From Eledone cirrhosa (taxonomy: Eukaryota), in NCBI GenBank assembly GCA_964016885.1, contig OZ024763.1:18228001-18292000 (forward strand): DNA of 64,000 nt, written 5' to 3'. Positions 33,265 to 47,100 of this stretch are shown one piece after another; the stretch's first letter is position 1; each line of letters starts with the position of its first letter. Both the position numbers and the translations under genes were made by a program. The notes beneath the pieces are model-generated. The model was given only the letters and a program-made list of their open reading frames with translations. It had not been told where the DNA came from and ran no database searches.

Positions 33265-36200
33265 GAATCGAAAGGGACAAGGCTGTGTGGTTACTAATAA
33301 CAAGTGTTTAGAAAGTAAAGGAAACACAAACATAGAGATAGGCATTTCCCCTCATCAGTTGTCTGCTGTGGGTCTCAGATGTTTCGGCACATTAAAGACA
33401 ATACATCTATCTGAAGTGCGATAATAACTTAGAAAGTTATTAGGCAAAGAAAAGACGAAAAAGAGACGATAGCGAAAAGAGAGAAAAAAAAAAAAAAACA
33501 TGCCGACAGTGGCACATGTATGTAGAGAGGGAGGGAGGGAGAGAGAGAGAGAGAGAGAGATGTTGACATGTACTTACCAGATGCAGAGAGATTCTTCTCA
33601 CAGATTAACCTGGCAGGGGCAATGTCCCCTCGCGACAAAACAGAGGAAGGACAACGCGGCCATCGATGTAATGAACTCATCATACCTGGAATAAATTAGG
33701 AAAGGTAAATTTAATTTATTTCTCACGAGTGTATATAGAGAAAAGGACCACATTAGATAATTGGATTGGTGTTACCCAGTGATAATTACAACTTTTAATT
33801 ACTTTAAAAAATACTCACACACACACACACACACATATATATATACATATAGACAATATGCCCCCACACCCTCCCACTGCAAAGTGGTCGTGTAGGCGCC
33901 ACAGCAAAAAAGCACCCAGCACTCACTGTAAATCAGCTGTAGAAATCAAGCCAAAATCAGTTCCTGTATGAGCAAGGCATGGTCAGCCGACCAGACACTG
34001 CCCACAACAGGACAACCCGTCTAACCCATGCTAGTGTGGAAGAACGGACGTAAAACGGTGATGATGATGATGATGATATATATATATATATATACATACA
34101 TATGTAAAGTGGTCGTGATGGTGACACGACAAAAAGTACCCAGCACACACTGTAAAGTGGTCGTGCAAAAGAAATGGCAAAAAGCACCGTCCACACGGTA
34201 AATGTGGTTGCTGCTAGGAAGGGCATCCAGCTGTAGAAAACCAGCCAGAAACTGTCCTATATGAGTGAGACATGGTCACACAACCGAACTTGCCATGCAA
34301 GTGTGGAAAAAACAACAATGATAATTTGATAATATGATAATAATGAAATTATTGTGTACAGTACTGAGGTGCACTACAACTCATCAAAGGTGCATGTATA
34401 GTACATAGAATAATTGTTTCTACTTTTGGCACAAGGCCAGCAATTATCCCATTACATTACTGGTACTTTATTTTATCGACCCGTAAGGATGAAAGGCAAA
34501 GTTAACCTCGGTGGGATTTGAACTCAGACCATAAAGGGCCGTAACTCTTTGCTGCAAAGCATGGCGTCCGACCCTCTACCGATATAATCTACAAATGTCA
34601 GGAAAGTGAACAGTCTGTGAGTCATGATATACACACAGATCCATGCATGCGTGTGTATGGAGGGGGGGGGGGGGGGATATCGGGTATAGCGTTGACGAAT
34701 TTCATGAAGCATGGAGGTTTTAAAGGATACAATGGAGGCACATGGCTTAGTGGTTAGAGCATTGGCCTTGCAATCGAAAGGTTGTGAGTTCAATCCTCAG
34801 ACCGGGTGATGTGTTGTTTCCTTGAGCAAGACACTTTATTTCACATTGCTCCAGTTTACTCAGCTGTAGAAATGAGATGATAGGGACTGGGGTCCATATC
34901 ATTCCACTGCAAAGTGGTCGTGGAGGTGCCACGGCAAAAAAGCACCCAGCACTCACTGTAAATGAGGTTGGTGTTAGGAAGGGCATCCAGCTGTAGAAAT
35001 CAAGCCAGTATCAGTTCCCGTCCCACCCTTGCAAGCAGGGAAAAGCGGACGTAAAATGAAATGATGATGATGATGATGAAATGAATGGTGATGATACACA
35101 GAATACATAGAAAAAAAGAATAACTTAACTTACTGGATTTAGACGTATGAAAGGATTTTCCGAGGTTAATGCTGTCCATTTTGAGACCGAGAATTTTATC
35201 TGATATACTGGCATGGCGGTCATCTGTTAGTGACCGAGATAATGGAGAGGAAGCAGGGGTGGAGAATCTAGAGGTATTGAAATAATTCAGGGAACTGTTG
35301 GCAGAGAAACACCTCTTGTGAGGGGAAGAATACGAGAACATGTTGAGTGAGGAGGGGCTGCAGGATTTACGGAACCGGGAAGACTCCGATGCTCGGCTGA
35401 GAGAACCGAAGCTTGGAGTGTCCATATGGCTCCCGGAAGAGAATGCCGGGAAGTTCGTGTGGACAGAGAGTGGACTCAATGATGGCTTCCTGACAGGGAA
35501 ACCGGCTAGTGAAGCAGTGCTCTTGCTCCTTTGTAGAGGGTGCACTGGTGAGTAGAGAGGCTTGCTACGGAGTAATGGCGATGTGGAAAATGCATTGTAA
35601 GAGGAACCAACAGAAGAGTTGGCTGTGTGGAAGCTCTTCACAGAGCCTAGTTTTGGAGAACTACATGAAGAATCGGAGAGTGAAGGCTGCGATGTCTGTG
35701 ATGCAAAACTGTCAGAATATCTGAAAATATAGAAGAAAAAACATCCATTTACTACATACATTGGCATATAAGTCTAAATATATGCAGGTGTGTGTGTGTG
35801 TGTGTGTGTAAGTATATACATGTCTGTGTGTGTGTGTGTAAGTATATACTAGTGTGTGTGTGTAAGTATATATATACTAGTGTGTGTGTGTGTGTGTAAA
35901 TATATACATGTGTCTGTGTGTGTGTAAATATATACATGTGTCTGTGTGTGTGTGTGTAAGTATATACATGTGTGTGTGTGTGTAAGTATATACTAGTGTG
36001 TGTGTGTGTAAGTATATACTAGTGTGTGTGTAAGAATATATACTAGTGTGTGTGTGTGTGTGTATACATGTGTCTGTGTGTGTGTGTGTAAGTATATACA
36101 TGTGTGTATGTGCGTGTGTAAGTAAATATATATATGTATCTCTGTGTGTGTGTATCTAAGTATATGTTTGTGTGGGTGAGCGTATCTAAGTATATATGCA

Positions 36201-36923
36201 TGTGTTTCTGTTTGTGTAAGTCTATGCATGTGTCTGTGTGTGTGTGTGTGTAAGTCTACACATGTGTCTGTGTGTGTGTATAAGTCTACACATGTGTCTG
36301 TGTGTGTCTGTAAGTCTATACATGTGTCTGTGTGTGTGTGTAAGTCTATACATGTGTCTGTGTGTGTGTATAAGTCTACACATGTGTCTGTGTGTGTGTG
36401 TGTCTGTAAGTCTACACATGTGTGTGTGTGTGTGTGTCTGTAAGTCTATACATGTATGTCTGTGTGTGTGTGTGTCTGTAAGTCTATACATGTGTCTGTG
36501 TGTGTGTGTAAGTCTATACATGTGTCTGTGTGTGTGTGTGTATAATTCTACACATGTGTCTGTGTGTGTGTGTGTGTCTGTAAGTCTACACATGTGTGTG
36601 TGTGTGTGCGTCTGTAAGTCTATACATGTGTGTCTGTGTGTGTGTGTAAGTCTATACATGTGTCTGTGTGTGTGTGTGTATAATTCTACACATGTGTCTG
36701 TGTGTGTGTGTGTGTCTGTAAGTCTACACATGTGTGTGTGTGTGTGTGTCTGTAAGTCTATACATGTGTGTCTGTGTGTGTGTGTAAGTCTATACATGTG
36801 TCTGTGTGTGTGTGTGTGTCTGTAAGTCTATACATGTGTGTGTGTGTGTGTCTGTAAGTCTATACATGTGTGTCTGTAAGTCTATACATGTGTGTGTGTG
36901 TGTGTCTGTAAGTCTATACATGT

Positions 36924-36968
<45 letters not shown>

Positions 36969-39900
36969 TGTAAGTCTATACATGTGTGTGTGTCTGTAAG
37001 TCTATACATGTGTGTGTGTGTGTGTCTGTAAATCTATACATGTGTCTGTGTGTGTAAGTCTATACATGTTTGTCTGTGTGTCTGTAAGTCTATACATGTG
37101 TGTGTGTGTAAGTCTATACATGTGTGTGTGTGTCTGTGTGTCTGTAAGTCTATACATGTGTGTGTGTGTAAGTCTATACATGTTTGTCTGTGTGTCTGTA
37201 AGTCTATACATGTTTGTCTGTGTGTCTGTAAGTCTATACATGTGTGTGTGTGTAAGTCTATACATGTGTGTGTGTGTCTGTGTGTCTGTAAGTCTATACA
37301 TGTGTGTGTGTAAGTCTATACATGTTTGTCTGTGTGTCTGTAAGTCTATACATGTGTGTGTGTGTAAGTCTATACATGTGTGTGTGTGTCTGTGTGTCTG
37401 TAAGTCTATACATGTGTGTGTGTAAGTCTATACATGTTTGTCTGTGTGTCTGTAAGTCTATACATGTGTGTGTGTGTAAGTCTATACATGTTTGTCTGTG
37501 TGTCTGTAAGTCTATACATGTGTGTGTGTGTAAGTCTATACATGTGTGTGTGTCTGTGTGTCTGTAAGTCTATACATGTGTGTGTGTGTAAGTCTATACA
37601 TGTTTGTCTGTGTGTCTGTAAGTCTATACATGTGTGTGTGTGTAAGTCTATACATGTGTGTGTGTGTCTGTGTGTCTGTAAGTCTATACATGTGTGTGTG
37701 TGTGTAAGTCTATACATGTTTGTCTGTGTGTCTGTAAGTCTATACATGTGTGTGTGTGTAAGTCTATACATGTGTGTGTGTGTCTGTGTGTCTGTAAGTC
37801 TATACATGTGTGTGTGTGTAAGTCGATACATGTTTGTCTGTGTGTCTGTAAGTCTATACATGTGTGTGTGTGTAAGTCTATACATGTGTGTGTGTGTCTG
37901 TGTGTCTGTAAGTCTATACATGTGTGTGTGTGTAAGTCTATACATGTTTGTCTGTGTGTCTGTAAGTCTATACATGTGTGTGTGTGTGTAAGTCTATACA
38001 TGTTTGTCTGTGTGTCTGTAAGTCTATACATGTGTGTGTGTGTGTAAGTCTATACATGTTTGTCTGTGTGTCTGTAAGTCTATACATGTGTGTGTGTGTA
38101 AGTCTATACATGTGTGTGTGTGTCTGTGTGTCTGTAAGTCTATACATGTTTGTCTGTGTGTCTGTAAGTCTATACATGTTTGTGTGTGTGTGTAAGTCTA
38201 TACATGTGTCTGTGTGTGTGTGTCTGTAAGTCTATACATGTGTGTGTGTCTGTAAGTCTATACATGTGTGTGTGTGTGTGTCTGTAAATCTATACATGTG
38301 TCTGTGTGTGTGTAAGTCTATACATGTGTCTGTGTGTCTGTAAGTCTATACATGTGTCTGTGTGTGTGTGTGTGTGTAAGTCTATACTATGTCTGTGTCT
38401 GTGAACAGAGAGATTTGAAAATGAGAGCCGACTTACTCAAAGTCCTGTTGGTGGTGGTACGTCACCCTGGTCCGGAGGAGGCAGAAGCCTGTAGAGGCAG
38501 TGTTGACAACGTGACAGCCACAGTGGAGGATGGCAATCATGGTAGAAGTGGTAGCTACATCAGTGAGGAACATTAAACTGAGGACATTGAGCAGGAGCCA
38601 GATGAAAGCATCAACCACATCACCAACATATAAACTGTAAAGTGGGGACCAGAAACATCAGACATTATAATTGTTTCTACTATAGGCACAAGGCCAGCAA
38701 TTATCCCAGTGTATTACTGGTACTTTATATTATCGACCCCGTAAGGATGAAAGGCAAAGTCAACCTCGGCGGGATTTGAACTCAGAATGGCAAGGGCCGT
38801 AACTCTATGCCAATCCACCGCCCTTAACTGTTTCTACTATTGGCACAAGGCCAGCAATTATCCCAGTGTATTACTGGTACTTTATATTATCGACCCCGTA
38901 AGGATGAAAGGCAAAGTCAACCTCGGCGGGATTTGAACTCAGAATGGCAAGGGCCGTAACTCTATGCCAATCCACCGCCCTTAACTGTTTCTACTATAGG
39001 CACAAGGCCAGCAATTATCCCAGTGTATTACTGGTACTTTATATTATCGACCCCGTAAGGATGAAAGGCAAAGTCAACCTCGGCGGGATTTGAACTCAGA
39101 ATGGCAAGGGCCGTAACTCTATGCCAATCCACCGCCCTTAACTGTTTCTACTATTGGCACAAGGCCAGCAATTATCCCAGTACATTACTGGTAGTTTATA
39201 TTATCGACCCCGTAAGGATGAAAGGCAAAGTCAACCTCGGCAGGATTTGAACTCAGAATGGCAAGGGCCGTAACTCTATGCGTCAAAGCATGGCGTCCGA
39301 CCTTCTACTGATACTGCCAATCCACCGCCCTTAACTGTTTCTACTTTTGGCACAAGGCCAGCAATTATCCCAGTACATTACTGGTACTTTATTTTATCGA
39401 CCCCGTAAGGATGAAAGGCAAAGTTAACCTCGGCGGGATTTGGCGGTGAATTGGCAGTATCGGAAGAGGGTCGGACGCCATGCTTTGATGCATAGAGATA
39501 CGGCCCTTGCCATTCTGAGTTCAACAGACATTATAATGAATTGCAAGTAGCATTAACATGGTGTACGGCATAATAGGGGTGTATAAGAAAGCATATACTA
39601 TGTATCTATCTATGTATGGCTTAGTGGTTAGTTAGAGTATTGGGCTTGCAATCAGTTGTGAGTTCAATTCTCAGACTGGGTGATGTATTGTGTCCTTGAG
39701 CAAGACACTTTATTTCACATTGTTCCAGTTTACTCAGCTGTAGAAATGGGATGATAGGGACTGGGGTCCATATCATTCCACTGCAAAGTGGTCGTGGAGG
39801 TGCCACGGCAAAAAAGCACCCAGGACTCACTGTAAATGAGGTTGGTGTCAGGAAGGGCATCCAGCTGTAGAAATCAAGCCAGAATCAGTTCCCGTCCCAC

Positions 39901-41166
39901 CCTTGCAAGCAGGGAAAAGTGGACGTATGATGATGATAATGATATATAAACGGAAAAAATGAAACAAAATTTCATTTCTCACTCTTAGTACGGCTGTTAC
40001 TTAAATTTAAGTATGTATACGTACATACATATATGTATACAGACGTACAGTAGTATGCATATATATATACATACATGCACACATATATATATGTACGTAT
40101 GGATTCACCGAACATTTATTATATTGCTCGGTGTGTTTGTAAACAAACATCCCGAATTAAGCCGTACAGTGTCTAGCAACCATCGTTGCTCATTTGTTCA
40201 ACACTGACAAAGGAACGCTGTACTAGTTTCAAGCTTATTAGCTATCGTCAGCAATGTATACCTTCCTGCCAGATGATTGAACGTCTGAAAGTATATACTT
40301 TCCTTATGCATATTAATGGCTGAGCAGCCTAATTTGCATATCGAGTGAGTTAATCGGCCGGGCGCACAGAAAACGATAAACGGAAAAAATGAAACGAAAT
40401 TTCATTTCGCACTCTTAGTACAGCTGTTACTTAAATATAAGTATGTATACATACATATATGCATACAGACGTACAGTAGTATGTATATATATATACATAC
40501 ATGCACACATATATATATGTACGTATGGATTCACCGAACATTTATTATAAGGCTCGGTCTGTTTGTAAACAAACATCCCAAATTAAGCCGTACAGTGTCT
40601 AGCAACAATCGTTGCTCATTTGTTCAACACTGACAAAGGAACGCTGTACTAGTTTCAAGCTTATTAGCTATCGTCAGCAACGTATACCTTCCTGCCAGAT
40701 GATTGAACGTCTGAAAGTATATACTTTCCTTATGCATATTAACGGCTGAGCAGCCTAATTTGCATATCGTATACATACTTATATTTAAGTAACAGCCGTA
40801 CTAAGAGTGAGAAATGAAATTTTGTTTCACTTTTTCCGTTTATCGTTTTCGGTGCGCCCGGCCGATTAACTCACTCGATATGCAAATTAGGCTGCTCAGC
40901 CGTTAATATGCATAAGGAAAGTATATACTTTCAGACGTTCAATCATCTGGCAGGAAGGTATACTTTGCGGACGATAGCTAATATGCTTGAAACTAGTACA
41001 GCGTTCCTTTGTCAGTGTTGAACAAATGAGCAACGATGGTTGCTAGACACTGTACGGCTTAATTCGGGATGTTTGTTTACAAACACACAGAGCATTATAA
41101 TAAATGTTCGTACATATATATATGTGTGCATGTATGTATATATATATATACATACTACTATACATA

Positions 41167-41197
<31 letters not shown>

Positions 41198-44100
41198 CAA
41201 AATAAATCCGTTGAGTTAAAAACTCACAATACTCCCTTATAATCAAATTAGCTCATGGAAAAAATCCAAACCCTTTATAACACAGATATATATCATCATC
41301 ATCATCATCATCATATAACGTCCATCTTCCACGCTAGCATGGGGTAGACGGTTTTCTTCCATATGATGCGGGAGTGGTCGGGAGACCGTGTCTTGCTCTT
41401 ACGAAAGTGTCTCTGGCAGGTTTTCTACGGCCAGATGCCCTCCCTAACACCAACCACCTTTACAGTTCAAAACATAATGTCGGTTTATATAGAGAAAAGG
41501 ACCACATTAGATTGGTGTTACTGCAGTGATAATTACAACTTTAAAAAATACTCACACACACACACATATATATTTATATTTATCCTTAATTTATCCTTTT
41601 AATTAAGTTCTGTGAACTGTACTATCTTTAGTGAATAGATTCTTCACCTTTGCGGTTTTGTATCCCTTATGATTTGAACACACATATATATATATGCGTG
41701 TTGTTCTCTCTTTACTGCGTTACATATATATATATACATATCACCGTCATCATCATCATCGTTTAACGTCTATCTTCCACGCTAGCATGGGTTTAGATGA
41801 GAGTTGTCCCACTTGAGGCAAGATTGGTCGGGTGACCGTGTCTCACTCGTATAGGACTGTCTAGCAGGTTTTCTATGGCTGGATGCCCTTCCTAACACCA
41901 ACAACATTTACAGTGTGGACTGAGAACTTTTTACCATGTTACCTACACAGCCACATTACAGCGTGGACTGTGTGTTATTTTGTTGTGACACCTACACGAT
42001 TTCGATCTCGATCGCATTAGTTTGGACTGGATGGTGTGGTATATATATATATATATATATGCAAAAGGAAATCAGAAATAACAAAACAAACAACACAGTA
42101 CAATGCAGAAATATATTAATTTTACACTTGATATAGTAGGAAAAAAGTCTTAACGTTTCAGACTCTAGTCCTTCATAAAAAAATATAATGAGAGAAGACA
42201 AGAGGGGAGAGACAGCTGAACAGAGATAGACAGAGAAAATAAATACAGACAGACAACTAGACATATAGCTAGATAGATATTTCTTACCTTACTTTGCCGA
42301 GAAATAAAAACTTTGATGCTAAACAGAAGAAGAGACCAGATATAGCAATGGGAGAAATATTCCTGTTAAGGATCTGCCAGACTTTTACAAGCCTCACAGG
42401 CGGTGCCATTGTAGCTATATAATCAGAATTGATCTGACAGACGTGTAAAATAAGGAGAGTCACAGCGGAGAGAAAACTGAATATCTCTAGAACTGGAGGA
42501 AGACGATATTGAAAACCTGTCAACATCGACATCTGAAAAGAAATACACAGCAGAAATAGTACAGATGTTTTCACTATAATATATTGCATATTACGACAGT
42601 CTTTAACCCTTTAGCATTTACACTACTCTATATATACTATTGTATTTTCACAGTAAAGGCTTTACCTCACATAATATTTACATTACTCTATATTTACTAT
42701 TGTATTTTCACAGTAAAGGCTTTACCTCACATAATATCTCACATAACATTTACCTTAATCTATATTTACTATTGTATTTTCACAGTAAAGGCTTTACCTC
42801 ACATAATATCTCACATAACATTTACATTACTCTATATTTACTATTGTATTTTCACAGTAAAGGCTTTACCTCACATAATATCTCACATAACATTTACATT
42901 ACTCTATATTTACTATTGTATTTTCACAGTAAAGGCTTTACCTCACATAACATTTACATTACTCTATATATACTATTGTATTTTCACAGTAAAGGCTTTA
43001 CGTCACATAATATCTCACATAACATTTACATTACTCTATATATACTATTGTATTTTCACAGTAAAGGCTTTACCTCACATAATTATCTCACATAACATTT
43101 ACATTACTCTATATTTACTATTGTATTTTCACAGTAAAGGCTTTACCTCACATAATATCTCACATAACATTTACATTACTCTATATATACTATTGTATTT
43201 TCACAGTAAAGGCTTTACCTCACATAATTATCTCACATAACATTTACATTACTCTATATTTACTATTGTATTTTCACAGTAAAGGCTTTACTTCACATAA
43301 TATCTCACATAACCTTTACATTACTCTATATATACTATTGTATTTTCATGGTAAAGGTTTTACCTCACATAATATCTCACATAACATTTACATTACTCTA
43401 TATATACTATTGTATTTTCATGGTAAAGGTTTTACCTCACATAACATTTACATTACTCTATATATACTATTGTATTTTCACAGTAAAGGCTTTACCTCAC
43501 ATAATATCTCACATAACATTTACATTACTCTATATTTACTATTGTATTTTCACAGTAAAGGCTTTACCTCACATAACATTTACATTACTCTATATATACT
43601 ATTGTATTTTCACAGTAAAGGCTTTACGTCACATAATATCTCACATAACATTTACATTACTCTATATATACTATTGTATTTTCACAGTAAAGGCTTTACC
43701 TCACATAATTATCTCACATAACATTTACATTACTCTATATATACTATTGTATTTTCACAGTAAAGGCTTTACCTCACATAATTATCTCACATAACATTTA
43801 CATTACTCTATATTTACTATTGTATTTTCACAGTAAAGGCTTTACTTCACATAATATCTCACATAACCTTTACATTACTCTATATATACTATTGTATTTT
43901 CATGGTAAAGGTTTTACCTCACATAATATCTCACATAACATTTACATTACTCTATATATACTATTGTATTTTCATGGTAAAGGTTTTACCTCACATAATA
44001 TCTCACATAACATTTACATTACTCTATATATACTATTGTATTTTCACAGTAAAGGCTTTACCTCACATAATATCTCACATAACATTTACATTACTCTATA

Positions 44101-47100
44101 TTTACTATTGTATTTTCACAGTAAAGGCTTTACCTCACATAACATTTACATTACTCTATATATACTATTGTATTTTCACAGTAAAGGCTTTACGTCACAT
44201 AATATCTCACATAACATTTACATTACTCTATATATACTATTGTATTTTCACAGTAAAGGCTTTACCTCACATAATTATCTCACATAACATTTACATTACT
44301 CTATATTTACTATTGTATTTTCACAGTAAAGGCTTTACCTCACATAATATCTCACATAACATTTACATTACTCTATATATACTATTGTATTTTCACAGTA
44401 AAGGCTTTACTTCACATAATTATCTCACATAACATTTACATTACTCTATATTTACTATTGTATTTTCACAGTAAAGGCTTTACCTCACATAATATCTCAC
44501 ATAACCTTTACATTACTCTATATATACTATTGTATTTTCATGGTAAAGGTTTTACCTCACATAATATCTCACATAACATTTACATTACTCTATATATACT
44601 ATTGTATTTTCACAGTAAAGGCTTTACCTCACATAATTACCTATGAGATTTTGATATTCATTTTGAGAAAAATACTGTAACATCAGGATGAACGGCCAGT
44701 TACAGCCAGTTTGAACAGAAAGAGGTGAGAGAATTCTGGCCAGATATGGCTGGTTTGAATGCTAAAGGGTTAATGTAAAGAATGGTGTGCTCATGTGAAA
44801 AGATGATACAAAATAGGTTATAAGATAGGATGAAGACCCTTAAAAGACAAAAAGAAGTTGCCAACAGCTGCTATGAGGAATCAAACCCCATATCTCCCTG
44901 ATACCGGCATCTGGAAGGTATAGGGGTTCAATTCCTTATAGCAGCTGTTGGCAACTTCTTTTTCCATCTTGTAACTATTTAGCATCTAAACCAGCCATAT
45001 CCAGCCAGAATTCTCTCAATTCATGCTGTTCAAACTGGCCACACATACTGATGTTAAGGTATTGTTCTTAAAATAAATAATTGTTTCTCCTTTTGGCACA
45101 AGGCCAGCAATAACCCAGTGTATTACTGGTACTTTATTTTATCGACCCCGTAAGGATGAAAGGCAAAGTTAACCTCGGCGGGATTTGAACTCAGATCATA
45201 AAGGGACGTAACTCTATGCTTCAAAGCATGGCGTCCGACTCTCTACCGATTCTGCCAATCCACTAAAATAAATAATAACATCATCAAAATCTCATTGATT
45301 CAATATTATGTGAGGTAAAGCCTTTACTGTGAAAATACAACAGTATATATAGAGTAATGTAAATGTTATGTGAGATATTATGTGAGGTAAAGCCTTTACT
45401 GTGAAAATACAATAGTATATATAGAGTAATGTAAATGTTATGTGAGATATTATGTGAGGTAAAGCCTTTACTGTGAAAATACAATAGTAAATATAGAGTA
45501 ATGTAAATGTTATGTGAGATATTATGTGAGGTAAAGCCTTTACTGTGAAAATACAATAGTAAATATAGAGTAATGTAAATGTTATGTGAGATATTATGTG
45601 AGGTAAAGCCTTTACTGTGAAAATACAATAGTATATATAGAGTAATGTAAATGTTATGTGAGATATTATGTGAGGTAAAGCCTTTACCATGAAAATACAA
45701 TAGTATATATAGAGTAATGTAAATGTTATGTGAGATATTATGTGAGGTAAAGCCTTTACTGTGGAAATATAATAGTAAATATAGAGTAATGTAAATGTTA
45801 TGTGAGATATTATGTGAGGTAAAGCCTTTACTGTGAAAATGCAACAGTATATATAGAGTAATGTAAATGTTATGTGAGATATTATGTGAGGTAAAGCCTT
45901 TACTGTGAAAATACAATAGTATATATAGAGTAATGTAAATGTTATGTGAGATATTATGTGAGGTAAAGCCTTTACTGTGAAAATACAATAGTAAATATAG
46001 AGTAATGTAAATGTTATGCGAGATATTATGTGAGGTAAAGCCTTTACTGTGAAAATACAATAGTATATATAGAGTAATGTAAATGTTATGTGAGATATTA
46101 TGTGAGATTAAGCCTTTACTGTGAAAATGCAACAGTATATATAGAGTAATGTAAATGTTATGCGAGATATTATGTGAGGTAAAGCCTTTACTGTGAAAAT
46201 ACAATAGTATATATAGAGTAATGTAAATGTTATGTGAGATATTATGTGAGATTAAGCCTTTACTGTGAAAATGCAACAGTATATATAGAGTAATGTAAAG
46301 GATTAAGGGTTTTACTGGAAAAATACAATAATATATAGAGTAATGTGAAGGGTTAAGGGTTTTACTATGAAAATACAATAGTATATATAGAAAAGATCCC
46401 ATAACTCCTTGTGGAGTCATAGTAGCACTGTCATACGGTGTGTCTAGGGTACTTTTAAACCTGGTGGAGCCAAAACCTCTCCAGGTCTGAACACAGCCAA
46501 TTTTTTCTATAGAGGAATAATCGACCCCAGTACTGGACTGGTACTTTTTTTTTATCAACCTCGAAAGGGTGAAAGGCAAAGTTGACCGTGGCGAGATATG
46601 AACTCGGGCCGCACAATGAGGTGGGACGAATACCGTAAAGCATTCTATCTGACGTCTTAACGACGCTGCCATTCCACTGCCTATTAAATATAGAGTAATG
46701 TAAATGGTTTTATTGAGAAAATACAACAGTATATAGAGAGTAATGTTAACGGTTAGAAGTCTTACACTGAACATACAATAGTATATATAAAGTAATGTTA
46801 AGGATTTTACTGCGAAAATACAACAGTATATATTGAGTAATGTAAAGGATTAAGGGTTTTACTGCGAAAATACAATATATATTGAGTAATGTAAAGGATT
46901 AAAGGTTTTACTGCGAAAATACAACAGTATATATTGAGTAATGTAAAGGATTAAGGGTTTTACTGCGAAAATACAACAGTATATATTGAGTAATGTAAAG
47001 GATTAAGAGTTTTACTGCGAAAATACAACAGTATATATTGAGTAATGTAAAGGATTAAGGGTTTTACTGCGAAAATACAACAATATATATTGAGTAATGT

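Noticed and set aside
36222-38229. HT/CV-repeat ORFs
   Set aside because: Minisatellite translations within TMEM201 intron 6.
40268-40305. Plus-strand CAGATGA...GAAAGTATATACTT as a second, opposite-polarity hammerhead in the 426-bp unit
   Set aside because: The core has A in place of U4, and there is no valid stem II or stem I; it is explained by a simple hairpin and palindrome.
44850-44962. Hairpin as miRNA precursor or ribozyme
   Set aside because: No hammerhead core; MITE-like fold-back. A miRNA cannot be supported without small-RNA data.
42584-46774. [12 protein letters not shown] repeat ORFs (up to 496 aa)
   Set aside because: 60/72-bp satellite units are multiples of 3 and lack stops by chance; they are MITE-derived.
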